Positions 25,695-35,506 of a stretch of DNA of 42,446 nucleotides are shown here, piece after piece. Numbering within the stretch: position 1 is the first letter of the stretch; the number at the start of each line of letters is the position of its first letter. Made by a program: the position numbers and the translations under genes. The stretch spans positions 1 through 42,446 of the forward strand of contig JBIOHE010000001.1 in assembly GCA_044448725.1 (NCBI GenBank), given 5' to 3'. The notes below the pieces were generated by a model that was given only the letters and a program-made list of their open reading frames with translations, made no database searches and had not been told where the DNA came from. This DNA comes from Sphingobacteriales bacterium (GTDB lineage: Bacteria; Bacteroidota; Bacteroidia; Sphingobacteriales; Sphingobacteriaceae).

Positions 25695-26981
25695 CTACGG
25701 ACAAAGCACTGCGGCAAACCTCAAATCTGCCTTTTTAATATTAGCTGTCAAATATCCAAGCCAAAAAAGCAATACAGGTAAAACAACATCCAGTTGCCTC
25801 GGGTACGAGCTTAGGGCGCCGCTTAGCATCAAATAAACACCGGTAATTAATAACGCAAATTTAACCGGGAAAATAATTTGACGCCAGTTGAGGGCCGTTA
25901 ATATAATACCCGCAAGGGACGCCCACAAAATTAAAGAACCTGTAATAATATTACTGACAATAGCCGCATCCTGATAGGAATACGAATAGGGAAAGTTGAA
26001 TAACATCCTCGAAAAATTATTGAAATAATTGCGGGCAAACTTTAAGGGGGACTTCCTGATGTTATCTATAGCTATCTTCTTAAAAAGTGCGTCCTGTTCA
26101 ATTTCATTATGTTTCAGAATAAATCCAATTTCTTTGGCGTGGTTCTTTTTAAGGAGATTAACTGCTTCTGCCGATTTAAACAACGCGGGATATTGGTTAT
26201 TTGTAAGTTCAGGAAGTTTCCAGTCGCCGTATTCATTTTCGTAGGGTGAACTCATCCAGTATAAACTCATCCCACCCGAATTGCCCCAATAAAAAACCTT
26301 GCCCGTAATATAACAGGTATAAGCTAAATAAGGTATAGTAAGGGCAAATGCGATAAGCAATATTTTTATCGTCCGGAAATAAAAGGTCTTATTTTTCCTG
26401 AAAATCAGCAACATCAAACAAATGGCCAGGCAAATGACAAGCACATAGCCGAAAATAATTTTGGTCAGGGTAAGATAGCCTAATACAAAGCCCGCGATGA
26501 TGAGATACTTTATACTTCCTTTTTTATAACAAAGGGTAACAAAATAAATAAACAACGACACTAAAAAGCCGGTCAGCGCTTCGGTGTATAATATGGGTAA
26601 AACAGATTGTGCATTGGGGTATAATGCTAAAAGCAGGCTAAATACCAGGGCTATTTTATTACCGGCAACCAGTGTCAGTGTTTTGTATAAAAACACAATT
26701 GCCAGGTACAGGTATAATGCGTTTAACAAGGTTATATACAGAACAGGGATATGCAGCGCCAAAAGCGGCGCAAGGATAAGCGGGTAACCCGGCCCGTTCC
26801 ACAGGTTAATGTGGGCCGGAAAAGGCGAGTAAAACCCATGAATGAGGTTATGCGCAAAATCAACGTACCTGATTTCATCGCCATATAAGGTGGGCCATTT
26901 ATTTTTAACGACAAGATGCCCGTAATAAATCAGAAATGGAGAGAATATTAACCAGGGATTGCGGGTAAACTTTTTAATCAT
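25695..26981 (-). CDS. ArnT/PMT-like membrane glycosyltransferase
   Basis: GDE..Y...AHNL, PGYPLILAP, LYTEAL..FL, LTK and YPR motifs, multiple TM helices. Confidence 0.7.
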   Translation of the reverse strand: MIKKFTRNPWLIFSPFLIYYGHLVVKNKWPTLYGDEIRYVDFAHNLIHGFYSPFPAHINLWNGPGYPLILAPLLALHIPVLYITLLNALYLYLAIVFLYKTLTLVAGNKIALVFSLLLALYPNAQSVLPILYTEALTGFLVSLFIYFVTLCYKKGSIKYLIIAGFVLGYLTLTKIIFGYVLVICLAICLMLLIFRKNKTFYFRTIKILLIAFALTIPYLAYTCYITGKVFYWGNSGGMSLYWMSSPYENEYGDWKLPELTNNQYPALFKSAEAVNLLKKNHAKEIGFILKHNEIEQDALFKKIAIDNIRKSPLKFARNYFNNFSRMLFNFPYSYSYQDAAIVSNIITGSLILWASLAGIILTALNWRQIIFPVKFALLITGVYLMLSGALSSYPRQLDVVLPVLLFWLGYLTANIKKADLRFAAVLCP

Positions 26982-27102
26982 AATAATTGCACAGCATTTT
27001 CTTTAATGGGACCCTTAGTTTTCCCGATGTAAACATCGGAATAATAGGGAACATTAGTTTGGTACAACCGTTACAATTATCTCTTTTAAACCGTAAATAA
27101 CC

Positions 27103-30100
27103 CTATAGTTTAGCGCTAAACGTATAACTACCCGATTTCAATTCAAACAACGCCTTGCCGCCTTCAAACTTTATCAATGTTACCCCTTTTGCTAAGGCAA
27201 CTGCCTTTCCACTTTCCTTTATAGACTTTACATCGACTGTCGGGAGGTATAGGGTCGCCGTTGTATTCGCCGGCACCGTGGCTGAATAGGTTAGCACACG
27301 TTTATCCACTTTCCAGCTGCTGTTTATCCTTCCGTAATCTGAATCGTAATAACCTTTCGCCCAGGTCATCTGCCCGGCAGGGTCAGGCTCAGGCTGAAGG
27401 ATGAATTTTTTGAACCCTGCCTCATCGCGCTGAATACCCAAAGAATAAGCCATCATCCATTGACCTACTGCGCCAAAAGAATAATGATTAAACGAATTCA
27501 TACTATTATTTCCACCAAAACCATTTTCAACCGTATAACCGTTCAATCGCTCCCATATAGTGGTGGCCCCCTGATCTACAGCATAGAGCCAGGAAGGGTA
27601 TTGATTATTTTGAAGCACTTTATAAGCAAGATCGCTATAACCATAATCGGAAAGCGCCTTACTGATCCAGGCTGTCCCTATAAACCCGGTCATAAGTGAA
27701 TACTTTGGACGCGTTACCCCCCCGTCATCCATATTTTCGCGTTCAACTGCCGCCTTTAGGTTTTTAACCATATAGGGGATATTTTCTTCGCTAAATGCCC
27801 CCAAAGCAAGTCCAACGGCATACGACGTTTGTGTGTCAGCTATTTTAAACACGGCCTTTTCTGAGGCAGGCCTGAATATTCCCCCACCGATTAAACCGAC
27901 AGTTTTTTTATCAGCGCTGACAAATGTTTTATTAAAGAATGCTTTTCTTTCGTTGTAACGGGAAAGAAATCTGGCAGCATCATCCTTCTTATTTAATATT
28001 TGTGCTACTTTAACCATTATCCCCAGGTCGAAAATATGATAGGCGGTAACAAGGTAATCCGGCCCTAACTGGTTGTTTTGCGGCCCAAGCCAGTCACCCA
28101 ATTGTGCGTCTGAACTTAGTCCGGTATCTTTATTGATTGTTGAATCTATATAATTCATATAGGTAACCATAGCATTATAGTGCTCCTGAAGCAATTCAAG
28201 ATCATTGTATTGCTGATAGGCTTCCCATGCAACCGTAATACCGGCGCTGCCCCATAAAACGCCGCCAAAGCCACCACCTACAGGCGCAATGTCAGTGAAT
28301 TTTCCTTTAGCAGTTTGCAAATCACGCATAGCAAACGCATGCCGTCTCAAAAACTGGTCGGAATTGGAAAGGTAAGTGGCTGTCCTCGAAAAAATGCTGA
28401 TATCGCCAGACCAGCCCATACGCTCGTTACGCTGGGGACAATCTGTTGGTATAGTCAGAAAATTATCAACGTTAGACCAAACCAGGTTCGACCATAGCTT
28501 ATTTACCTTTGCATTCGACGTTTCATAGCTGGCCGTGAGGTTCCTGACAGAGCTTATAGATAAGCCTTGCACAGCTTCTACCGGCAATGCCGCATCAATT
28601 CCTGTAATTTCGATATACTGGTATCCATGTGACGTAAAATGGGGTTGAAAAACCTGTGCACCTTCTTTCATCGTATATTGATCCTGGCTCATGGCCGCCC
28701 GATAATTCTCCGTCATGATCATTCCAACGTTATCGCCCGACTGTTTTAAGTCAGGATAAAGGACTTCAGCATATCTGAATGTTATTTTCCGTCCCGCTGT
28801 ACCCCCTTTAAATGTTATTCTCGGAACACCTACCATGTTTTGCCCCATATTATAGACAAACACGCCTTTACGGACTTCTTTAACATCAACGGCAGTCAAC
28901 GTTTTGTAAACTCCGGCAGGCGCGCCGATCTGCCCTGTCAATGCAAGCTTGTCGAAATTAAAAACTTCCCTGTCACCTCTGAAATCAACAGCTCCGCCGG
29001 TGTAAGCAGTTCCCTGCAAACCCACTTCTACAGCATTTTCCCAATTGTGATCGTTATATGCAGCCGTACTCCAGTCTTTAATTTCAGCTTCACGTGTGGC
29101 ATCATATACTTCGCCCATGTCAAGGCTGCTGTAAACTATTGGTCCTTTGTTATTGTATTTCCAATCCCGGTCGTTACTGGTAATTATATCTTTACTGCCA
29201 TCGCTGTAGTTAATCACTAATTTTGCCAATAACGATTGCCTGTCGCCAAAGTGGTTCCAGATGGCGCCGTAACTGAGCATTCCGCTCCACCAGCCTTCAC
29301 CCAACATGGCTCCTATGGCATTTTTACCGTTAGTTACCATATTGGTCACATCGTAGGTTTGATAAAAATGGGTTTTATTATACTGGGTCAATCCCGGGTT
29401 GTAATAATCATCCCCAACCCGCTTCCCGTTCAGATAAACTTCATAAATACCCCTTGCGGTAACATACAGCCTTGCATTTTCAATTTTTTTATTTGCTGTT
29501 AAAAAATTGGCGCGCAGCAGCGGCATGGCATTATGGCTCGGATCAGCAGTTATAAATACGCCTGTTTTACCTCCATCAACTTGGTACGCTTCACGCTTTA
29601 ATGTCAGTCCCGAATTGGCATTTTGAACGTAAGACTTAAAGATCCCTTCATAAACAGGCCCTGTCAGTTGCTCTTCGAATATTGTGTTTCCTGGTTTGCG
29701 GGCGTTTGTTATAACCAAATCCGAAAAAGAAGCAACCTGACCGGGATCGACAGCGAAACCTATATCACATAACAAACCATAAGATATAACATCACCGCCG
29801 GCGCCTAAGGGGTTTAGCGTTACAGTAGCGCCCGAAGTACCCCGGTCCCAGAAACCCATTGAAGGCCGGGATGTTTCTTTTTCGTCTTTAACAAAAAATG
29901 AGCCGCTGCTATCCAGGCTAAATGTCAAGGTTCCATATTCATCATGAATTGATATTTTGTGGGCATTATTCTTATTGGTGTTATTTAAGAATTCCTGTTT
30001 TATTTTAAATGTTTTGAATGGCTTGCCTGCTGTATCCCGGGCCGAATAACCTGCCCGGTATATATTTATCACCGCGTTGCTGTTTTTTGTAGTATCCAGA

Positions 30101-30795
30101 CCGGAAATGTCGAGTTCAACTTTAAAATAACTTTCATTCCTTTTATTACTTATCTGGAAAATGTTTTTGTTCCTGTCCATTATGCGCGGATCATTCGCAG
30201 ACAGGATAAAACTTGCCTTTGTGCTGCCCGGCATAATTTTGAGCTTATAATTAATGTTAAATAGCGGCATATAATCGGCAAAAAGCACCATGTCTTTATT
30301 GCCCCCGCCAATCCATTTTGCACCACCCCATGCCCGCAGGCCCGGATCAGGGTCAATCAACCCTGTTTCGAACCAGGACGAACTGCTTGCGCTTGCTCCT
30401 TTTTGGTCCCAAACAGTTACTTTCCACAAATACTTTGTTGCAGCCTGCAGCGCCGCCCCGGCATACACAATTCCGTTTGATTTATCGCCTGCAATTTTTT
30501 TTGTATCCCATAATATCTTACCATCCGGTGCTTTAACTTCAACCTTGTATTGTTGCTGCGCATAACCTCTTTTCCCGGCCTGTGCAATCATTTGCCAGCT
30601 AAACCGGGGCGTTTTATCATCAATACCTATAGGTGTCTTTGTATAATTTACCTGCAGATTGTCGATCCCTGCACCCGATATTTTTGTTTTTTTTGATGTT
30701 TGCGCAAACAAAACATTTGCACCGAAAAGGGCAAAAAGGTATGCCCCCCCGATTATCCATTTAGATATCCGAATAACAGATCGATTTATTTTCAT
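27103..30795 (-). CDS. Secreted alpha-L-rhamnosidase (GH78)
   Basis: Signal peptide, PRFSWQ, ARLYVTARGIYE, PTDCPQRNERMGWSGD, LGDWL, TGFIGT, GATTIWER, MNSFNHYSFGAV. Confidence 0.93.
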   Translation of the reverse strand: MKINRSVIRISKWIIGGAYLFALFGANVLFAQTSKKTKISGAGIDNLQVNYTKTPIGIDDKTPRFSWQMIAQAGKRGYAQQQYKVEVKAPDGKILWDTKKIAGDKSNGIVYAGAALQAATKYLWKVTVWDQKGASASSSSWFETGLIDPDPGLRAWGGAKWIGGGNKDMVLFADYMPLFNINYKLKIMPGSTKASFILSANDPRIMDRNKNIFQISNKRNESYFKVELDISGLDTTKNSNAVINIYRAGYSARDTAGKPFKTFKIKQEFLNNTNKNNAHKISIHDEYGTLTFSLDSSGSFFVKDEKETSRPSMGFWDRGTSGATVTLNPLGAGGDVISYGLLCDIGFAVDPGQVASFSDLVITNARKPGNTIFEEQLTGPVYEGIFKSYVQNANSGLTLKREAYQVDGGKTGVFITADPSHNAMPLLRANFLTANKKIENARLYVTARGIYEVYLNGKRVGDDYYNPGLTQYNKTHFYQTYDVTNMVTNGKNAIGAMLGEGWWSGMLSYGAIWNHFGDRQSLLAKLVINYSDGSKDIITSNDRDWKYNNKGPIVYSSLDMGEVYDATREAEIKDWSTAAYNDHNWENAVEVGLQGTAYTGGAVDFRGDREVFNFDKLALTGQIGAPAGVYKTLTAVDVKEVRKGVFVYNMGQNMVGVPRITFKGGTAGRKITFRYAEVLYPDLKQSGDNVGMIMTENYRAAMSQDQYTMKEGAQVFQPHFTSHGYQYIEITGIDAALPVEAVQGLSISSVRNLTASYETSNAKVNKLWSNLVWSNVDNFLTIPTDCPQRNERMGWSGDISIFSRTATYLSNSDQFLRRHAFAMRDLQTAKGKFTDIAPVGGGFGGVLWGSAGITVAWEAYQQYNDLELLQEHYNAMVTYMNYIDSTINKDTGLSSDAQLGDWLGPQNNQLGPDYLVTAYHIFDLGIMVKVAQILNKKDDAARFLSRYNERKAFFNKTFVSADKKTVGLIGGGIFRPASEKAVFKIADTQTSYAVGLALGAFSEENIPYMVKNLKAAVERENMDDGGVTRPKYSLMTGFIGTAWISKALSDYGYSDLAYKVLQNNQYPSWLYAVDQGATTIWERLNGYTVENGFGGNNSMNSFNHYSFGAVGQWMMAYSLGIQRDEAGFKKFILQPEPDPAGQMTWAKGYYDSDYGRINSSWKVDKRVLTYSATVPANTTATLYLPTVDVKSIKESGKAVALAKGVTLIKFEGGKALFELKSGSYTFSAKL

Positions 30796-30891
30796 ATCAG
30801 GTTTGTAACTAAAAATTTATAGATTAAATTTAATAATCCAGTTAATTGGTTTCGTCAGGGTAAGGAAGTACCTTGTCCGTTTTCACTTTTC

Positions 30892-30955
30892 CAAATATAC
30901 TCCCCCGTTTTTACATAACCATCCCTTACTATCCTCATCTGCCCCTACTGCCTCC
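30892..30955 (-). promoter_or_regulatory. GH78 promoter: -7 box TATATTTG preceded by a direct-repeat site AGGATAGTAAGGGATGG
   Basis: On the minus strand the motif ends at 30919 and TATATTTG (30899-30892) follows after 19 nt. The rhaT promoter has the same geometry. Confidence 0.6.
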
Positions 30956-31031
30956 ATTGTGTTAAACTGGCGCTTAAATCATTTCGCAAAAGCCTTTGAA
31001 AAGGAAGTAATTCTATGTTAGTTTGCTCATT

Positions 31032-32057
31032 ATGAAGAATTATCTCAAAATTGTAAAAATTGACGAGGACTCCATCACGCCCAAGTATTTGCAGATCATC
31101 AATGCGATATTGAGTGGCATTGAATCGAAAAAACTTGAAAAAGGCGACATCCTGCCATCAATCAATGACTTGAGTACTGCGTTGGAAATCTCCAGAAATA
31201 CTGTAGAAAAAGCTTACAAGGAACTAAAGCGAATGGATATCGTTAAATCAGTAGCCGGGAAGGGTTATTTTATAAACAATACAAAATTTAACCAACCATT
31301 CAAGGTAATGCTGCTTTTTAATAAATTAAGCAGTCATAAAAAAATCATGTATGATGCTTTTGCCACAACACTTGGAAGCGCTGCCGCGATTGATTTTTAC
31401 ATTTATAATAGCGACTTTAACTATTTCAAGAAACTGCTTGCTGACAAATCAGACAATTATTCAAAGTTTGTGATCATCCCTCATTTCGTTGAAAACGCAG
31501 GCAGGGCCAATGAAATAATAAATAGTATCCCGAAGGAAAAACTGATCCTTATGGACAAACTGGAACCGGGAGTAACGGGAGACTTCGGCGCTGTGTTCGA
31601 AGATTTCGAAAAAGATATCTATTCAGCCCTTGAACAATTACTGGATAGGCTCAGTAAATACCATACATTGAAAATCATTTTCCCGGAACATTCTTATTAT
31701 TCCAAAGAAATATTAACCGGATTTTTAGCTTTTTGCAGGCAATTCGCTTTTGAATACGAAATCATTTCCTCGTTGAAAGATGAACAACTCAACAAAAACA
31801 CGGTCTATATTAATTTAATGGAAAACGACCTTGTTGAGCTCATAGAAATGGCCATTGCAGCAAACCTCAAAGTTGGTGAAGATATCGGCGTGGTATCGTA
31901 CAATGAGACGCCATTAAAGAAAATTATATTAAACGGTATCACTACCATTTCTACTGATTTTAAACTGATGGGTGAAAAAACCGCCGAAGTGGTATTGAAC
32001 AATTCTAAAGAACATATTGCGATCCCGTTCCTGGTGAATATCCGGAATTCACTTTGA
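31032..32057 (+). CDS. GntR-family regulator with C-terminal sugar-binding (LacI-like) domain
   Basis: PKYLQII, GDILPSIN.LS....ISRNTVEKAY.EL, GKGYFI, and C-terminal DIGVVSYNETPLK...GITTISTDF..MG. Confidence 0.9.
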   Translation: MKNYLKIVKIDEDSITPKYLQIINAILSGIESKKLEKGDILPSINDLSTALEISRNTVEKAYKELKRMDIVKSVAGKGYFINNTKFNQPFKVMLLFNKLSSHKKIMYDAFATTLGSAAAIDFYIYNSDFNYFKKLLADKSDNYSKFVIIPHFVENAGRANEIINSIPKEKLILMDKLEPGVTGDFGAVFEDFEKDIYSALEQLLDRLSKYHTLKIIFPEHSYYSKEILTGFLAFCRQFAFEYEIISSLKDEQLNKNTVYINLMENDLVELIEMAIAANLKVGEDIGVVSYNETPLKKIILNGITTISTDFKLMGEKTAEVVLNNSKEHIAIPFLVNIRNSL

Positions 32058-32126
32058 GCCGTTTGAGAATTTATTATTGCAGGAAAGATAGTTATACACA
32101 TTTTTCAAAAACAGAATAACTGAAAC

Positions 32127-32189
32127 AGGCAGCGAGGCAAGGTACAGGATAGTAGAGGACGGTTCATTCGCAAATTTGAATTATCATTG
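32127..32189 (+). promoter_or_regulatory. rhaT operon promoter: AGGATAGTAGAGGACGG site followed after 19 nt by TATCATTG
   Basis: 14/17 identity to the motif upstream of GH78 and identical spacing to a TAnnTTTG-like box. Confidence 0.6.
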
Positions 32190-32216
32190 TGCTTGTAAAC
32201 CAAAGCATTTAAATTC

Positions 32217-33296
32217 ATGCAAATAATCTTCGGTATCATTTACCACTTTATAGGTGGTTTTGCCTCGGGTAGTTTTTATATCCCGTATAAAAAAGTAAAA
32301 GGCTGGGCCTGGGAAAGCTTCTGGATCGTTGGCGGCATTTTTTCCTGGCTGATCGTTCCTCCTTTAGCGGCCTGGCTAACTATCCCAAATTTTACGGAGA
32401 TCATTAAAGAAACTAACGGGCAGATCTTGTTCCTCACTTACTTTTTTGGTTTGCTTTGGGGCATCGGCGGCTTAACTTATGGCCTGGGTGTCCGCTACCT
32501 GGGCGTTTCGTTGGGCAGCACCATCATTTTAGGCTTATGCGCGGTATTTGGTTCAATTATTCCCTCAGTTTATTATAACTTCTTTCCCAAAGCCGGCAAA
32601 GATACTTTCAGTATGCTGCTCAACAGTCACTGGGGGCAAATGGTGCTCACCGGCATCGTAGTTTGCGTGATCGGTATTATCATTTGCGGCAAGGCAGGCA
32701 CAATGAAAGAAAAGGAACTGCTTGCAGGCAAGGCTGATGTGGAGGATAACAAAGAGTACCGTTTCGGACTTGGTATTCTTGTTGCCATAGTTTCCGGAGT
32801 TTTGAGCGCCTGTTTTAACTTTGGTATAGAAGCCGGCAAGGATATGGCCGACCATGCCAATGAAATATGGAAGGCTTCGCATCCCGGACAGGGAAATTTT
32901 CTTTTTCAGAACAATGTCAGCTATGTAGTAATTTTATGGGGCGGACTCACCACCAACTTTATTTGGTGCATGATATTAAATGCCCGCAACAAAACCTTTG
33001 GCGATTATGGCAATAAACAACAACCTTTGTTAAAGAATTACCTGTTTTGCGCATTGGCCGGAACCACATGGTTTTTGCAGTTCTTCTTTTACGGCATGGG
33101 AGAAAGCAAAATGGGTAATGGCGCCAGTTCGTGGATACTGCACATGGCCTTTATTATCCTGATCGCCAATGTTTGGGGACTCTTGCTAAAAGAGTGGAAA
33201 GGGGTAAGCCGCAAAGCCATCGGGACCATCATAGCGGGTATCCTTACAATCATTATTGCGGTTTTGATAGTTGGTTATGGAAACTCAATTAAATAA
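32217..33296 (+). CDS. rhaT: L-rhamnose/proton symporter
   Basis: GGFASGSFYIPYKKVK.WAWE..W..GGIFSWLI.P, GLLWGIGGL.YGL..RYLG.SLG, QFFFYGMG, SW.LHM. Confidence 0.93.
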   Translation: MQIIFGIIYHFIGGFASGSFYIPYKKVKGWAWESFWIVGGIFSWLIVPPLAAWLTIPNFTEIIKETNGQILFLTYFFGLLWGIGGLTYGLGVRYLGVSLGSTIILGLCAVFGSIIPSVYYNFFPKAGKDTFSMLLNSHWGQMVLTGIVVCVIGIIICGKAGTMKEKELLAGKADVEDNKEYRFGLGILVAIVSGVLSACFNFGIEAGKDMADHANEIWKASHPGQGNFLFQNNVSYVVILWGGLTTNFIWCMILNARNKTFGDYGNKQQPLLKNYLFCALAGTTWFLQFFFYGMGESKMGNGASSWILHMAFIILIANVWGLLLKEWKGVSRKAIGTIIAGILTIIIAVLIVGYGNSIK

Positions 33297-33323
33297 CATC
33301 AAATAAATATAAATAATATCAAT

Positions 33324-35444
33324 ATGTCTGCAAGCACAAAACAATTTAAGCACGTCAGTTACTTATGGGATGAAAACAAAGCCGCCGGTTTAGAAGGTGA
33401 TGATGTCGCGCTTTTGATATACCGTTCTAATTTGCTGGGGGCCGATCTGCGCCTTACCAATTATGGCGGAGGCAATACGTCGTGTAAAACAATCGCAATA
33501 GACCCGCTAACCGGCACAGACGTTGAAGTAATGTGGATCAAAGGATCTGGCGGCGATATAGGTACCTTAAAAAAGAGCGGACTCGCAGCGCTTTATGTTG
33601 ACCGTTTGAGAAGTTTAAAGAACGTTTACAAGGGGATAGCATACGAAGACGAAATGGTTGAATTATTTAACCACAGCATTTTTGATTTGAATTCAAAAGC
33701 ACCATCAATTGATACCCCCCTGCATGGCTTTTTACCATTTAAGCACATCGACCACCTTCACCCGGATGCGGCGATAGCCATCGCGGCATCAAAAGATGGT
33801 GAAAAGATTACCAAAGAACTTTTTGAGGGAACGATAGGCTGGGTTGACTGGCAGCGTCCCGGCTTTGATCTTGGCTTGCAATTGAAAGAATGCCTGGACA
33901 GCAATCCGGGTATCCGGGGTATTATGCTGGGTTCACATGGTCTGTTCACCTGGGGCGATACGGCTTACGAAAGCTATATTAACACACTTGAAGTGATAGA
34001 AAAATGCGCTGAATACCTCGAAGCAAATTTTGGCAAAAAAGGACCTGTTTTTGGCGGCGCAAAAATTAAAAGCTTAGATGAGGCCGGACGCAAAAAACAA
34101 GCGATTGCGTTAGCACCGGTATTGCGTGGTTTTTGTTCATCCGAAACCCGTATGATCGGTCATTTTACTGACGACGCACGGGTTTTGGAATATATTAATT
34201 CCAGTGATCTTGAACGGTTAGCGCCGATGGGTACCAGTTGCCCGGACCATTTTTTAAGGACCAAGATCAGTCCGTTGGTGTTAGAATTAGCCGCTGATGC
34301 TGATCTGGATGATGACAGGGTGGTGAAAGAAAAGCTTCAACCCGCATTTGAAGCATATCGCCAAATGTACGGGGCCTATTACCAAACATGCAAACATCCA
34401 AACAGTCCGGCAATCAGAGATGCTAATCCTGTGGTCATTCTGTACCCGGGTGTTGGCATGTTCACTTTTGCAAAAGATAAACAAACAGCACGGGTAGCAG
34501 CCGAGTTTTATATAAATGCAATCAATGTAATGAAAGGTGCTGAATCGATCTCTGAATACACATCTTTACCCCGCCAGGAAGCATTTGATATTGAATACTG
34601 GCTGCTTGAAGAAGCAAAATTGCAGCGCATGCCAAAACCAAAAGCCTTATCCGGCCGCATTGCTTTTGTAACAGGAAGTGCCGGGGGTATTGGAAAAGCG
34701 ATAGCCAAAAAATTTGCCGAAGAAGGTGCTGTTGTTGTTTTGAATGACATGAACGCGGAACGTCTGGAAAATGCCGGTGAGGAATTTAAGAAGCAATTTG
34801 GCAAAGATGCCTATACAACCACGACTTTGGATGTTACCAAAGCAGAACAAATTAAAACGGCTGTTGCCGATGCAATTTTAGCCTTTGGCGGTGTTGACCT
34901 GATTGTGAACAATGCCGGTTTATCCATTTCAAAATCCATAGCAGACCATACTGAAAAGGATTGGGACCTACTGTATGATGTATTGGTAAAAGGCCAGTTC
35001 TTTGTTACCCGGGCAGCAGTTGAAGTAATGAAAAAACAGGATATTGGCGGCGACATCATTAATGTTGTAAGCAAAAATGCCCTGGTAAGCGGGCCAAATA
35101 ATGCAGGTTATGGCAGCGCTAAAGCTGCACAATTGCATTTGAGCCGCTTAAATGCAGCTGAGTTAGGTGCAGATAAGATACGTGTGAATGTTGTTAACCC
35201 TGATGCGGTTATCAGCGACAGCAATATTTGGGCAGGCGGCTGGGCCGAGGGACGTGCAAAAGCTTATGGCATTTCGGTTGATGAACTTCCGGCTTATTAT
35301 GCAAAAAGGACCCTTTTGAACGATACGATCCTGCCTGTTGATATTGCCAACGCTTGTTTTGCATTTGCAGGGGGCTTGTTAAATAAATCAACCGGTAATG
35401 TTTTAAACGTAGATGGCGGCGTTGCGGCAGCGTTTGTGAGATAG
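33324..35444 (+). CDS. Bifunctional rhamnulose-1-phosphate aldolase / short-chain (lactaldehyde) dehydrogenase (RhaEW/RhaAD type)
   Basis: RSNLLGADLRLTNYGGGNTSCK, PSIDTPLH, DHLHPD, CPDHFLRTK, EYWLLEEAKL, plus SDR motifs TGSAGGIG, NNAG, YGSAK. Confidence 0.93.
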   Translation: MSASTKQFKHVSYLWDENKAAGLEGDDVALLIYRSNLLGADLRLTNYGGGNTSCKTIAIDPLTGTDVEVMWIKGSGGDIGTLKKSGLAALYVDRLRSLKNVYKGIAYEDEMVELFNHSIFDLNSKAPSIDTPLHGFLPFKHIDHLHPDAAIAIAASKDGEKITKELFEGTIGWVDWQRPGFDLGLQLKECLDSNPGIRGIMLGSHGLFTWGDTAYESYINTLEVIEKCAEYLEANFGKKGPVFGGAKIKSLDEAGRKKQAIALAPVLRGFCSSETRMIGHFTDDARVLEYINSSDLERLAPMGTSCPDHFLRTKISPLVLELAADADLDDDRVVKEKLQPAFEAYRQMYGAYYQTCKHPNSPAIRDANPVVILYPGVGMFTFAKDKQTARVAAEFYINAINVMKGAESISEYTSLPRQEAFDIEYWLLEEAKLQRMPKPKALSGRIAFVTGSAGGIGKAIAKKFAEEGAVVVLNDMNAERLENAGEEFKKQFGKDAYTTTTLDVTKAEQIKTAVADAILAFGGVDLIVNNAGLSISKSIADHTEKDWDLLYDVLVKGQFFVTRAAVEVMKKQDIGGDIINVVSKNALVSGPNNAGYGSAKAAQLHLSRLNAAELGADKIRVNVVNPDAVISDSNIWAGGWAEGRAKAYGISVDELPAYYAKRTLLNDTILPVDIANACFAFAGGLLNKSTGNVLNVDGGVAAAFVR

Positions 35445-35506
35445 TTCATGGTTCATGGCAGCTTCGGAATCCACATAAAAGAGTCTTTTTCATTTTAAAA
35501 AACATT

